A DNA stretch of 61,392 bases, filler included, from Candidatus Babelota bacterium (GCA_017999075.1; 16 parts of 16 records of this genome joined end to end with filler, not necessarily neighbours in it), one strand, 5' to 3'; shown: positions 28,328 to 39,851, counted from the first letter of the whole stretch. Notes: a model not told the origin generated them from the letters alone. Numbers and translations: made by a program.

Positions 28328-29710
28328 TTATTTTACCTCACAGGGTTCTAATTTTTTTTTTAGTTTGTCCACATATCCTTGTTTTATTATTGTTTCAGGC
28401 CTGCTCATTACCAAACAGTTTTCATTTACATCTTTAATAACTGTTGTTCCTGAAGTGATATAAGATGAATTTCCTATATTTACAGGAGATACTATACTGC
28501 ATCCGGCTCCAATAAAAGTTTCATTTCCGATTACAGATTTATGGGAATTTAAACCATCAAATGAACAAACGGAAGAATTATTCGAATATAGGCAGTCTTT
28601 CCCTGATTCAATATATTCAATAGAACAGTTGTTTTGGATTTTTGTATTTTGTCCTAATTTTGAATTTATTATTATATTGCAATTTCCGATTTTAGAATTT
28701 TGTTTTATTTCAGAATATGAAATGCTGTTAAAGTCCCCTATTTCAGAATTTGAAAAAATTATAGACCCTTTTAAAACTGATTTTCCAATCAAAACATTGT
28801 CTTTAATCTCGCAGTTTTCTACTGTACTTCCGGTAATAATACAATTTTTTCCTATAATTGAACAATTGATTCTGGTTCCAGGATAAACTGTTGTTTCAAT
28901 ACCTATTTTTGTGTCAGAATCAATATAAGTATTTTCAGGGTCCAATATTATAACCCCTTTTTCTAAATAAGAATAAGCTGTGGAGCGGTATGTTTCTTTT
29001 TCAAGTTCTGCAAGCTGTATAGGATTGTTTATTCCTTCCATTTCAATATAATCTTTTATTTTAACAGCACATACTTTATGTTTTTTTTCAACCATTAAAG
29101 ATATAATGTCAGTAAGATAATATTCTGATTGAGCATTTTTATTCTTTAATTGGGGAAGATATTGGAATAATAATTTTGAATTGAAACAATATATCCCTGA
29201 ATTTATTTCTTTTATAAGTTTGATTTCTTTATCAGCGTCTTTCTCTTCTACTATAGATGATACAGAATTATCTTCATTTCTTAAAATACGTCCATATCCG
29301 GAAGGATTTTCTAATTCTGCGGTTAATATAACTGCGTCAGCGGATTGAGTTTCGTAATGTGAAATTATTTTTTTTAAAGTAGCGGGTTTTAGTAAAGGAA
29401 CATCACCGCATAATATAAGTATTTTTCCGTCAAAATTTGAAAAATGTTCTGATGCCTGAATTACGGCATGACCCGTTCCAAGCTGCTGTTCCTGCAAGGA
29501 TATTTTTATTTGGTCAGGAATTAATTGTTTTACAAGTTCGTGTTTATAACCTAATACTGCACAGCATATATCAGGATTTAATGATAAAGCGGTTTCAATA
29601 CAATATTTTATTATTGGTTTTCCGCAAAGTTTATGCATTACTTTAGGCAAAGATGATTTCATCCTTTTTCCTAAACCTGCCGCTAAAATAATAATTCCAA
29701 TTTTTGTCAT
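28328..29710 (-). CDS. glmU: GlmU (uridyltransferase intact; acetyltransferase domain degenerate)
   Basis: ILAAGLGKRMKS..PK, QLGTGHA, GDVP, GYGRI, EYYLTD; left-handed beta-helix C-terminus; glmU-prs synteny. Confidence 0.9.
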   Translation of the reverse strand: MTKIGIIILAAGLGKRMKSSLPKVMHKLCGKPIIKYCIETALSLNPDICCAVLGYKHELVKQLIPDQIKISLQEQQLGTGHAVIQASEHFSNFDGKILILCGDVPLLKPATLKKIISHYETQSADAVILTAELENPSGYGRILRNEDNSVSSIVEEKDADKEIKLIKEINSGIYCFNSKLLFQYLPQLKNKNAQSEYYLTDIISLMVEKKHKVCAVKIKDYIEMEGINNPIQLAELEKETYRSTAYSYLEKGVIILDPENTYIDSDTKIGIETTVYPGTRINCSIIGKNCIITGSTVENCEIKDNVLIGKSVLKGSIIFSNSEIGDFNSISYSEIKQNSKIGNCNIIINSKLGQNTKIQNNCSIEYIESGKDCLYSNNSSVCSFDGLNSHKSVIGNETFIGAGCSIVSPVNIGNSSYITSGTTVIKDVNENCLVMSRPETIIKQGYVDKLKKKLEPCEVK

Positions 29711-29760
29711 TGCTATAAAAAAATAAACTGGTTATTTTGAAAATAAAAATATTGTCATGC

Positions 29761-29829
29761 AAAAAAAAAGAGCGCCGTTTCTCAATATGAATGTGAACCA
29801 AATCATCACTTCATCAGGAAACATCGCTC
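29761..29829 (-). terminator. Long hairpin + U-tract after tRNA-Gln
   Basis: Minus strand GAGCG-AT-GTTTC..ATGAA-GTGA..TCAC-A-TTCAT..GAAAC-GG-CGCTC followed by T9. Confidence 0.7.
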
Positions 29830-29841
29830 AATAGTTATTTT

Positions 29842-29916
29842 TGGATGGGATGGCAGGATTCGAACCTGCGAATACCGGGACCAAAACCCGGTGCCTTACC
29901 GCTTGGCGACATCCCA
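29842..29916 (-). tRNA. tRNA-Gln(TTG)
   Basis: TGGGATGTCGCCAAGCGGTAAGGCA-CCGGG-TTTTGGT-CCCGG..GGTTCGAATCC..CATCCCA-T-CCA. Confidence 0.97.
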
Positions 29917-30148
29917 ACTGATAATTTTTACTGATAATTATTGATAACAAATATAATATAAAATAATTAATGATTATCTATTATCTTTTTATATTCTGAT
30001 AATACAGTGCTTTCTATCAATTCTCTTGTTTCATTATTTAACGGATGNNNNNNNNNNNNNNNNNNNNNNNNNNNNNNNNNNNNNNNNNNNNTTAATTAAT
30101 TAANNNNNNNNNNNNNNNNNNNNNNNNNNNNNNNNNNNNNNNNNNNNT

Positions 30149-30652
30149 CAAAACCCTGATGTTATTCTGATTGGAGAAATGAGAGATTCAGAAACTGTTG
30201 ATGCTGCAATTTCAGCAGTTGAAACAGGGCATCTTGTTCTAAGCACATTACATACAGTTAATGCTTCGCATACTATAAACCGTATTCTTGAATTTTATCC
30301 TAAAGATCATCATGATCAGCTGCGCGCGCAGCTTTCTGAATATCTGGTTTCTACAATATCTCAAAGACTTGTTCCGAAAATTGATGGTACCGGCGTAGTT
30401 CCGGCAATAGAAATAATGATACAGACCCCGATGATAAAAAAACTTATTGTTGAAAACCGTATAGAAAAACTTAAATCTGTTATTCACCAGGGGAAAAATG
30501 AGGGAATGCAGACTTTTGATCAATCGCTTGTAGATTTATTTAAAATGGGAATTGTTTCTGAAGAAGATGCAATGATGCGCTGTTCCAAACCCACGAATTT
30601 TAAATTATATTGTGAAGGACATTATCCTGATATTGATGCCGGAATATTATAA
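30149..30652 (+). CDS. PilT/PilU-family pilus retraction ATPase, 5' partial
   Basis: QNPDVILIGEMRD (Walker B), ETGHLVLSTLH, SQRL, GMQTFDQSL. Confidence 0.93.
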   Translation, partial: QNPDVILIGEMRDSETVDAAISAVETGHLVLSTLHTVNASHTINRILEFYPKDHHDQLRAQLSEYLVSTISQRLVPKIDGTGVVPAIEIMIQTPMIKKLIVENRIEKLKSVIHQGKNEGMQTFDQSLVDLFKMGIVSEEDAMMRCSKPTNFKLYCEGHYPDIDAGIL

Positions 30653-30726
30653 AAATTATGTGATATAAAATATGGCGGACAGGTTTGTTTTAGACTAAAT
30701 TTTTTATTTTTAAAGAGTGAATTTGT

Positions 30727-30912
30727 ATGAATGAACGTAAAGAACAGGAAAAAGACTTTGATTTTGAAAAAATGTTTAATAAATTTTTAAGCTTTTTGCT
30801 TTTGTTTTGCATTGCTATAATGCTGTTAATAGGTTATTATACTAAAACAAAAGGCGATGCTTTGAATTATTTCAACAAAACACGTAATCAAAGTCAATTT
30901 ATTCAGAGGTAA
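30727..30912 (+). CDS. Small membrane hypothetical protein
   Basis: 61 aa with a single TM; fills the intergenic gap. Confidence 0.55.
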   Translation: MNERKEQEKDFDFEKMFNKFLSFLLLFCIAIMLLIGYYTKTKGDALNYFNKTRNQSQFIQR

Positions 30913-31051
30913 CCAATTACCTGAAATATTATGTTGACTTTCAGAAAAATATGATACTTATAATATTTTTTTGTAAAAATTGATATAGAATTTTTCTGAC
31001 TGAGTGATTTTTGCAGCACATAATATTTTCTGGTAATCAGATATAAAGTTT

Positions 31052-32110
31052 ATGTCATTATTCAATATATTTTTTTTTTATGGATTAGCGTTTATTCTGA
31101 CAGTTTTATCTGTTCCTGTATTCAGAAACTATGCTTTAAAACGCGGGATAGTAGACAATCCTGATAATAATTTAAAACGCCAAAAATCGCCTGTTCCATA
31201 TCTTGGCGGGTTGTCAATATTTGTTCCTGTATTTATCTGCAGCATACTCGTTCTATTAAAATCAATACTTAATATTGACAGTGAATTGAATTTTAGTTTT
31301 AATCAGCTTGTTATAATCATTCAGATTCTTTTGTGCGCGACTATAATGATGATTCTAGGATTAATTGACGATATAAAAAATTTATCCCCATATCCGAAAC
31401 TTATAGTTCAATTTCTGGTTGCAATAGTAATAACCAGGTTTGGAATAATTATTCAGATAAAATTTTTTCCTTATTGGGTGAATTATTTTCTGACAGTAAT
31501 GTGGATAGTTTCTATGACCAACGCTTCAAATCTTATTGATATAATGGACGGATTATGTTCAGGAGTAATAAGCATTGCATGTTTGACATTTATTATATGC
31601 GGAGTTATAACCGGAAATTCTGTAGTTCTTATGTTCGGCAGTATATTAGGTGGCGCCACGTTAGGTTTTTTAATTTATAATTATGCTCCTGCAAAAATAT
31701 ATCTCGGAGATGCCGGCAGTTTGATGATTGGATTCATTATGTCTGCATTAGCAGTTTCAATGAGTTATACAGGAAATAATATTTTAGCTTTGTTATCTCC
31801 TGTAATCATACTCGGAATACCGCTATATGATACATTTTTAATTGTATATTTTAGAATAAAAGCTGGAAAATCCCCTATACGCGGAAGCAATGATCATTTT
31901 GCTTTGAGATTGAATTCTCTCGGGTTTTCAGTTAAAGAATCTGTGAATTTAATTTATCTCATTTCATTAGTAATTTCCATTTCTTCAATACTAATTATCA
32001 AATCCACATTTTATCAGGCTTTGACAATTTATACGATTTTATTTTTGTGTTCGATAATTTTCGGGCTTATGCTTAACAAAATTATACCGCCACCCGAAAA
32101 AAAACATTAA
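31052..32110 (+). CDS. WecA/TagO-type undecaprenyl-phosphate GlcNAc-1-P transferase (MraY family)
   Basis: PYLGG, GLIDD, NLIDIMDGL, IYLGDAGS, PLYDT, DHF. Confidence 0.92.
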   Translation: MSLFNIFFFYGLAFILTVLSVPVFRNYALKRGIVDNPDNNLKRQKSPVPYLGGLSIFVPVFICSILVLLKSILNIDSELNFSFNQLVIIIQILLCATIMMILGLIDDIKNLSPYPKLIVQFLVAIVITRFGIIIQIKFFPYWVNYFLTVMWIVSMTNASNLIDIMDGLCSGVISIACLTFIICGVITGNSVVLMFGSILGGATLGFLIYNYAPAKIYLGDAGSLMIGFIMSALAVSMSYTGNNILALLSPVIILGIPLYDTFLIVYFRIKAGKSPIRGSNDHFALRLNSLGFSVKESVNLIYLISLVISISSILIIKSTFYQALTIYTILFLCSIIFGLMLNKIIPPPEKKH

Positions 32111-32144
32111 TAAATATTAGTTTGAATTTTACGGACTTATTTAA

Positions 32145-33207
<1,063 letters not shown>

Positions 33208-33307
33208 NNNNNNNNNNNNNNNNNNNNNNNNNNNNNNNNNNNNNNNNNNNNTTAATTAATTAANNNNNNNNNNNNNNNNNNNNNNNNNNNNNNNNNNNNN
33301 NNNNNNN

Positions 33308-33585
33308 ATCTCGTCTTTAGTTATTTTCAACAATTTTATTTCATTAAGAGCTAATTCCGCCAAATCTTTTTCATCTGATAATTTTGAAAGTTCTATATCG
33401 TCTTCAATTTCTTTTAAAACGCGTTTATATTCTTTCCCCGCATTTACCATAGGTTCCAAATCAGACAATTCTTTTGAATACTGCTGATATATTTTCATAT
33501 TTGTCATTATATCAGGCTGTGATAACTTTTCAGTCAAATCATTATATTTATTTTGTATTTCGCTAAGCTTATCTGTCAATTCCAT
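33308..33585 (-). CDS. prfA: Peptide chain release factor 1, N-terminal fragment
   Basis: DKLSEIQNKYNDLTEKLSQPDI..SKELSDLEP..ELALNEI; rpmE-DUF1385-prfA synteny. Confidence 0.85.
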
Positions 33586-34454
33586 TATTTCACTTCGTTT
33601 TTTAAAATTTCAAGTAATCTAAGTGTCGAATTCAGAGCAACTTCAATTTGGCGGGAATCAGGTTCTCTGGTCGTAATATATTGAAGTAAAAGACCGGGGA
33701 AAACAAGCATTTTCAAAAATTTATTATCAGGAAACTTATTGAATAACCTTATTATTTCATAAGCGGTTCCCGCTATAAAAGGAATTAAAATTATTCTTAA
33801 TGCTATTTTCATAATAGTTGGGTAATCGTTCGGTATCATTACAAAAAAAAATATAGATATGAAGAGTACAAGAAATAAAAAATTGGTGCCGCATCTCAGA
33901 TGTAATGTAGGATATTTTTTTATATTTTCAAAATTAAGTACTTCGTCCTTTTCATAAGCATTTACAACTTTATGTTCAGCTCCATGATATTCAAAAACAC
34001 GCCTTATATCCTTAAAAAAAGATATGCCGAATATATATACCGCAAGAAATATTATTTTAATTATACCATCAACAATATTAAACCCAAACGGATTTTCAAT
34101 TTTCATCCACATGGTCAAATAATAAGGCAATACAACAAAAACTCCTATTGCCACGGCAAAAGCTATAACCATAGACAGTAATAATTCTTTACTGCTTATT
34201 TTTTCATTTTCTGCAGAAGCTGCATTTGCTGAATAATTAAGGGTTTCAATTCCAATCTTAAGAGTTTCAAACAATATATACAAACCGCGGATAAACATTA
34301 TTTTTTTTATATATTTTACAAAACAGGAGTTAACAATTTTCTTCTCCTGAGATTCTATCATGCCATCAGGTTTTCTGACTGAAACAACATAATAATCTCC
34401 CCCCCGTATCATAACTCCTTCTATTACAGCTTGCCCGCCTATTAAATGCTTCAT
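33585..34454 (-). CDS. DUF1385 membrane protein
   Basis: IGGQAVIEGVM, FEYHGAEHK, HLRCGTNF, TTREP. Confidence 0.95.
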   Translation of the reverse strand: MKHLIGGQAVIEGVMIRGGDYYVVSVRKPDGMIESQEKKIVNSCFVKYIKKIMFIRGLYILFETLKIGIETLNYSANAASAENEKISSKELLLSMVIAFAVAIGVFVVLPYYLTMWMKIENPFGFNIVDGIIKIIFLAVYIFGISFFKDIRRVFEYHGAEHKVVNAYEKDEVLNFENIKKYPTLHLRCGTNFLFLVLFISIFFFVMIPNDYPTIMKIALRIILIPFIAGTAYEIIRLFNKFPDNKFLKMLVFPGLLLQYITTREPDSRQIEVALNSTLRLLEILKNEVK

Positions 34455-34558
34455 TGTTTTAGTATGGTGTATTATATTTTATTTTATATTACAACTATTT
34501 TATTCCGGTATTTAAAAAAATATTTATAAAAATTATAAAAAAAAGAACTGTATAAAAA

Positions 34559-34613
34559 AAAAACGCCTTGCAATAAATAATCCTTTAAATAAAAATTTAT
34601 CACAGGCGTTTTA
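34559..34613 (-). terminator. Probable terminator after rpmE
   Basis: AAAACGCCT...AGGCGTTTT stem with a long AT-rich internal stem and an A-tract on the plus strand. Confidence 0.6.
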
Positions 34614-34619
34614 AAAAAT

Positions 34620-34832
34620 CTAATTTGCTTTAACTTTTTTTTCGTATTTTTTCTTGAATTTTTCTATTCTTCCCGCTGAATCCATTATTTTCTCTTTACC
34701 TGAAAAAAACGGATGACAACTTGAACAAATTACTATATTCTGATTTTTGGTTGTAGAATAAGTTTTTATTTTGTTGCCGCAAGAACATACAAATTCAATT
34801 TCCTTATACTCAGGATGAATTTTCTCTTTCAT
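34620..34832 (-). CDS. rpmE: 50S ribosomal protein L31 (Zn-binding type)
   Basis: [30 protein letters not shown]. Confidence 0.96.
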   Translation of the reverse strand: MKEKIHPEYKEIEFVCSCGNKIKTYSTTKNQNIVICSSCHPFFSGKEKIMDSAGRIEKFKKKYEKKVKAN

Positions 34833-34924
34833 TTTGAATCCCACCTCAAACAAAACTTTATATAAATAATAAGTCGTTAATAATTATATTTATATAAATA
34901 TAAAAAATCAAGTCATATTTACTT

Positions 34925-36037
34925 TTATTTAAAAACAAGCATTGTGGATGTTTGATTTATATGCCCGATAAATTCTTCACCATAGGTGCTGAATCCTAAA
35001 GTTGGTATATCTGCAAATATTTTTCCGTATTCATCAGACAATCCCTTTTGATCCAGTTCAAGTGTCCTTAAAATACAATGAAAATTTATTATTCCTGATA
35101 TTGTTCCTAATTCTTTCTTTTTCTCTGCAACAGCTTTCTTTGTATCGTTTATTATATCCGTCGATTTCAATAATGATAACTCCATTCCTTCTTTTATGTT
35201 ACAATAAAAACACATACTTTTATTTTTAATTTGCTGCGGACTTCTCACATATGGCATTCCATCAACCATTAAACCCACAGGATTCGACATAAAATAATTT
35301 GCAGATTCTTCAACTTTTATTCCTAAAGCTCCAGCATATTCTTCGGCAGCTGATTTCCCATTAAATTCAAATACTTGGCGCGCTCCTTCGTCAACTTTTG
35401 TAGCTGTAAGTTTTTTATCCAAAACAGAAAAACTCTGAGTTTTAATAAAATCAAATTGAGTGGAGGGCTTTAACAAAGCAAGAACAGCAGCATTTGTATA
35501 ATATTTTCCATTAGCAAATATATTGGTTTGCTTAAAAGCGAGATCATCGCCCGCAGAGCCTCCTATAAAAAATATATTTGTTAAATTCCCTATGTTGTCC
35601 ATTAATTTTTCTTCAGATAAACTCAATCCGTCAATCAATATAATTCCAACATACTTTTTATAATCTAAATCAGACATTCTGGTATTGAAATGTTTTTCAA
35701 ACGATGAAAAAGCTTTTTTCAAATTAACGGCAGAATCATTTTTTAGATTTTCTACAACTTCCACTTTAACATCTTCTATCGCATCTGAACCGAATGCCAT
35801 TGCAACTATTGATTTTTTCAGCATTTTACCAGTTACTATTTCTCCTGCTGTAGTATTTCCGAAAACAGTTGCTCCGGAAAAAGCTTCCTGCATTGCAGCG
35901 CTCAGTTCCGAGGGCTGATATTTTGCAGAAGCAAAATAAATAACCATTTTAGGTTTTACATCCTGCAATTGATTTTTTAATTCTGTTACAGAATCTTTTA
36001 TATTATCTTTAATTGAATATGCTGTCTTAATGCTCAT
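34925..36037 (-). CDS. Stand-alone FIST_N/FIST_C sensory protein
   Basis: GNTTAGEI, GGSAGD, YVRS, CILR, GFSTYGE, HINQT. Confidence 0.92.
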   Translation of the reverse strand: MSIKTAYSIKDNIKDSVTELKNQLQDVKPKMVIYFASAKYQPSELSAAMQEAFSGATVFGNTTAGEIVTGKMLKKSIVAMAFGSDAIEDVKVEVVENLKNDSAVNLKKAFSSFEKHFNTRMSDLDYKKYVGIILIDGLSLSEEKLMDNIGNLTNIFFIGGSAGDDLAFKQTNIFANGKYYTNAAVLALLKPSTQFDFIKTQSFSVLDKKLTATKVDEGARQVFEFNGKSAAEEYAGALGIKVEESANYFMSNPVGLMVDGMPYVRSPQQIKNKSMCFYCNIKEGMELSLLKSTDIINDTKKAVAEKKKELGTISGIINFHCILRTLELDQKGLSDEYGKIFADIPTLGFSTYGEEFIGHINQTSTMLVFK

Positions 36038-36062
36038 AAAAAAATGCCTCCGTTTATATATT

Positions 36063-36263
36063 TTAAATCGAAACCTGAAATTCCAACGCGATTTGTTTCA
36101 ACTTTTGAATTATTGCAGGATCATCAGAACTTGACTCATTAAATTTTGCGGGGTCAATTCCCTTTAATACCAATTTAGTTCTAACAAGCTGGCTTAACAC
36201 ATTGTCCCCTTTTGATTTTTGAAATATTATTGAATCAACAATTTTTTTAATTTGGCCGCTCAT
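36063..36263 (-). CDS. Small hypothetical protein, apparently co-transcribed with the FIST gene
   Basis: 66 aa with GGAGG RBS; motif KSKGD..TKLVLKGIDP..DDP. Confidence 0.75.
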   Translation of the reverse strand: MSGQIKKIVDSIIFQKSKGDNVLSQLVRTKLVLKGIDPAKFNESSSDDPAIIQKLKQIALEFQVSI

Positions 36264-36455
36264 AAAATAAAATCCTCCCGTCGCAAATCTTTATCAAAAA
36301 ATTATTTATAATGATTTTTATTTATTCTGTTTTTCAATCAATAAATACATATCNNNNNNNNNNNNNNNNNNNNNNNNNNNNNNNNNNNNNNNNNNNNTTA
36401 ATTAATTAANNNNNNNNNNNNNNNNNNNNNNNNNNNNNNNNNNNNNNNNNNNNAT

Positions 36456-37826
36456 GAAGATTTAACTTCTCAGAATGTCGAATCATTCCATTTAAACTGG
36501 AAACCGCCTGCAGGCGGAGATCCTGAAATTATAAATTTGCTTGATAATATTTTGTCAAACAAAAAACTCGTTGAAAAAATAAAAAAAGCAAATGATGAAG
36601 CTGTAGAAAAAATAATGAGTTCCCAACTTTTTTTAATTGACGTAAAACCGGCAAAAGATGTGATTCCTGATTTTAAAGGAAAAATGATTCTTCATTCAGG
36701 CCCTCCGATAACATGGGAAAGAATGTGCGGCCCTACTAAAGGAGCTATTATGGGGGCTTGTGTATATGAAGGGTGGGCTCAAACAGTTGAAGAAGCGGAA
36801 AAAATGTGCGCTTCAGGAAAAATAAAATTCGATCCCTGCCATCATCATAATACAGTCGGTCCTATGGCCGGAATAGTTTCTCCTTCCATGTGGGTGTGGT
36901 GCATAAAAAACACGGTTCATAAAAACACTGCATATTGCACATTAAATGAAGGGCTTGGAAAGGTGCTGAGATTCGGAGCATACGGCGAAGATGTTATAAA
37001 ACGTTTAAAATGGATGGAAACAGTGTTGGCTCCGCTACTTGAAAAAGCGGTAAAAATATCAGTTGAAAAAAATGGCGGTATAAATATAAAAAGTTTAATG
37101 AGTCAGGTACTTATGATGGGAGACGAATGCCATAACAGAAATGTAGCAGGAACCTCCCTGTTTATAAAAGAAATAATACCATATCTTCTTCAGACAGACG
37201 CTGATAAAGAAATTATAAAAGATGCTATTGATTTTATGTCAGGAAACGTTCATTTTTTTCTTAATCTGACTATGCCTGCTCAAAAGGCAGCTGCAGATAC
37301 TATAAAAGGAATTAAGTACTGTTCTATAGTTTATGGAATGGCACGAAACGGAACAGATACCGGTATCAGAATATCCGGATTGGGAGAAGAATGGTTTACA
37401 GCTCAATCAGGAATGCCTAAAGGTTTGTATTTTGCAGGGTATTCTGAAGACGACGCTAATCCTGATCTCGGCGACAGTACTATAACAGAAACTGCAGGAG
37501 TCGGAGCAAACGCTATGGCATCGGCTCCGGCAATAGTAAAATTTGTAGGAGGAGTCCCCGCAGATGCTTTACTTGCCACTAAAGAAATGTTTCTAATAAC
37601 TCATGCAAAACACAGAGATTTTCAAATTCCACAGCTTAATTTTGAAGGTACCCCAGTAGGATTTGACATTTTAAAAATTATGGAAACAGGAATTTTACCT
37701 TTTATAAATACAGGCATTGCACATAAAAAAGCAGGAATAGGTCAAATAGGAGCAGGAATATTAAGAGCTCCGATGTCGTGTTTTAAACAGGCTTTTAAAA
37801 AATTTGCTGAAACATACTTAAAATGA
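36456..37826 (+). CDS. DUF1116 YahG/YlbE(AllG)-like protein, 5' partial
   Basis: Open upstream of the track start (WKPPAGGD, as in the YahG N-terminus); LHSGPP, PCHHH..VGPMAG, LNEGLGKVLRFGA, MGDECHNRN, DLGDSTITE, INTGIAHK. Confidence 0.92.
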   Translation, partial: EDLTSQNVESFHLNWKPPAGGDPEIINLLDNILSNKKLVEKIKKANDEAVEKIMSSQLFLIDVKPAKDVIPDFKGKMILHSGPPITWERMCGPTKGAIMGACVYEGWAQTVEEAEKMCASGKIKFDPCHHHNTVGPMAGIVSPSMWVWCIKNTVHKNTAYCTLNEGLGKVLRFGAYGEDVIKRLKWMETVLAPLLEKAVKISVEKNGGINIKSLMSQVLMMGDECHNRNVAGTSLFIKEIIPYLLQTDADKEIIKDAIDFMSGNVHFFLNLTMPAQKAAADTIKGIKYCSIVYGMARNGTDTGIRISGLGEEWFTAQSGMPKGLYFAGYSEDDANPDLGDSTITETAGVGANAMASAPAIVKFVGGVPADALLATKEMFLITHAKHRDFQIPQLNFEGTPVGFDILKIMETGILPFINTGIAHKKAGIGQIGAGILRAPMSCFKQAFKKFAETYLK

Positions 37827-38359
37827 TTAGAAGTCAATTCGGTGAAAAAAAAATATTTATTTGCGGTTTTATGGGATGCGGAAAAACCACAGTAGGAAAA
37901 TTATTGAGCAAAAAAATGAATTTTAGTTTTAAAGATACTGATTCATTAATTGAACAATCCGAAAAAATGACTGTATCAGAAATTTTTTCAATTAAAGGCG
38001 AAAAATATTTCAGAAGTCTTGAAACTGAAATTTTATATGAAATTTCATCTTCTTCTGAAACTTCAGAAGTAATATCTACAGGCGGAGGTATAGTATTATC
38101 TTCTGAAAATTTTGAACTGATGAAAAAATGCGGCATAACAATTTATTTATCTTCTTCTCCTGAAACAATACTGTCAAGAATAAATGTTAAAACAAGACCT
38201 CTTCTCAAAAATCTTACAGAAAACCAACTTAAAGAAAAAATAAATTCTATGCTAAAAGAACGCTCGATGAAATATAATTTATGCGACAAAATTGTTGAAA
38301 CTGATGGATTAACAGCAGAACAAGTTTCTGAAAGAATTTTTAATATGATATTTTTTTAA
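37823..38359 (+). CDS. aroK: Shikimate kinase
   Basis: GFMGCGKTT, DTD, GEKYFRSLE, STGGG, RPLL. Confidence 0.95.
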   Translation: MIRSQFGEKKIFICGFMGCGKTTVGKLLSKKMNFSFKDTDSLIEQSEKMTVSEIFSIKGEKYFRSLETEILYEISSSSETSEVISTGGGIVLSSENFELMKKCGITIYLSSSPETILSRINVKTRPLLKNLTENQLKEKINSMLKERSMKYNLCDKIVETDGLTAEQVSERIFNMIFF

Positions 38360-38377
38360 TTCACGAGGTTTATTTCA

Positions 38378-39495
38378 ATGAATAAAAAAATGATACATCT
38401 GGTATTATGTTTCATTATTTTAACAAGCGTATTTTCAGGATGCAGCGTAAATCCTGTCACCGGGAAAAAAGAGCTTTCACTAATGTCCGAATCAATGGAA
38501 AACAGCGTAGGCTCGGAATATTATCCTGTTTATACTCAAATCAGCAATGGAGAATATCCTGATAAAAATTTACAAAATTATATTTCTTCTGTAGGATTAA
38601 AAATGGCAAAACTTTCTCACAGGCCAAACTTGAATTATGAGTTTAACGTTGTAAACAGTTCTGTTCCAAATGCGTATGCTATCCCGGGAGGAAAAATAAG
38701 CATAACCAGAGGATTACTTGTAAAAATGAGTAATGAAGATCAGCTTGCAGCTGTTCTTGCTCATGAACTTGGGCACGTCAATGCAAGACATACTGCATCA
38801 CAATATACGAAATCAATTCTAACTCAAGCGCTAATGATTGGCGCATATTATTATATGTCAAAAAAAAATGTTAAACATAGCGAACTTTACCTTGCCGCAG
38901 GATCAATGGGAATGCAGCTAATGCTTTTAAAATACAGCCGTGATCATGAAAGACAAGCAGACGATCTGGGTCTTCAATATATGGTTGGAGCAGGATACAA
39001 TCCTGTAGGATTTGTAGACATTATGAAAATAATAAATTCATTACACGACAGAGAACCTTCAAAATGGGAAGTTTTATTATCAACCCATCCGTTGACAACA
39101 GAACGTATAAATGACGCCCAATCTAAAGTGAATTCAATTTATACTCAATATGTTTCAAGGCAAATCAATACATATAATTTCAATTCTTCTGTTTCAATTT
39201 TGAAAAACACCCAGACTGCTTATGAATCATTTGATAAAGGCGTAGCTCTTATCGAACAGAAAAAATTTGATGAAGCAGAAAAATATTTTTCTGAAGCAAT
39301 TAAATTATACAACAAAGATTCATTGTTTTACTCGAATTATGCAAATTTAAAATTAGAAAAAAAAGAATATAGTTCGGCAAGACAATATTCTATTCAGGCA
39401 TTATCCATGAATAAAGATTTATTTATGAATCATTTTGTAAAAGGAATAGCTGATACAGAACTTAGAAATTATAATGCAGTCATAAATGATTTAAA
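38378..39495 (+). CDS. M48 metalloprotease lipoprotein with TPRs (BepA-like), 3' partial
   Basis: Lipobox FSGC; NAYAIPGG; HELGH; YSRDHERQAD; STHP; TPR tail. Confidence 0.92.
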
Positions 39496-39851
39496 NNNNN
39501 NNNNNNNNNNNNNNNNNNNNNNNNNNNNNNNNNNNNNNNTTAATTAATTAANNNNNNNNNNNNNNNNNNNNNNNNNNNNNNNNNNNNNNNNNNNNTTACT
39601 CCTTCAAATAATTTTTATACCGGCATTATTAAAAAATGCAGGGATATGNNNNNNNNNNNNNNNNNNNNNNNNNNNNNNNNNNNNNNNNNNNNNNNNTTTA
39701 CAAATTATATTATTTTTTGGAGGTGGTTGGAAAAATAAAAAATCGGATTTCATAAATGTTTTTTGTTTAAACTGATTTACACTAAAATTGATAAAACATT
39801 TCTGTTCGATAAAATTAATAAAAACTACATTTTTAAGGAAGGTAAAATTAT

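Noticed and set aside
29770..29829. Hammerhead ribozyme (minus-strand CTGATGA...GAAAC)
   Set aside because: No stem I and no closing pair for stem II; better explained as a terminator hairpin with U-tract.
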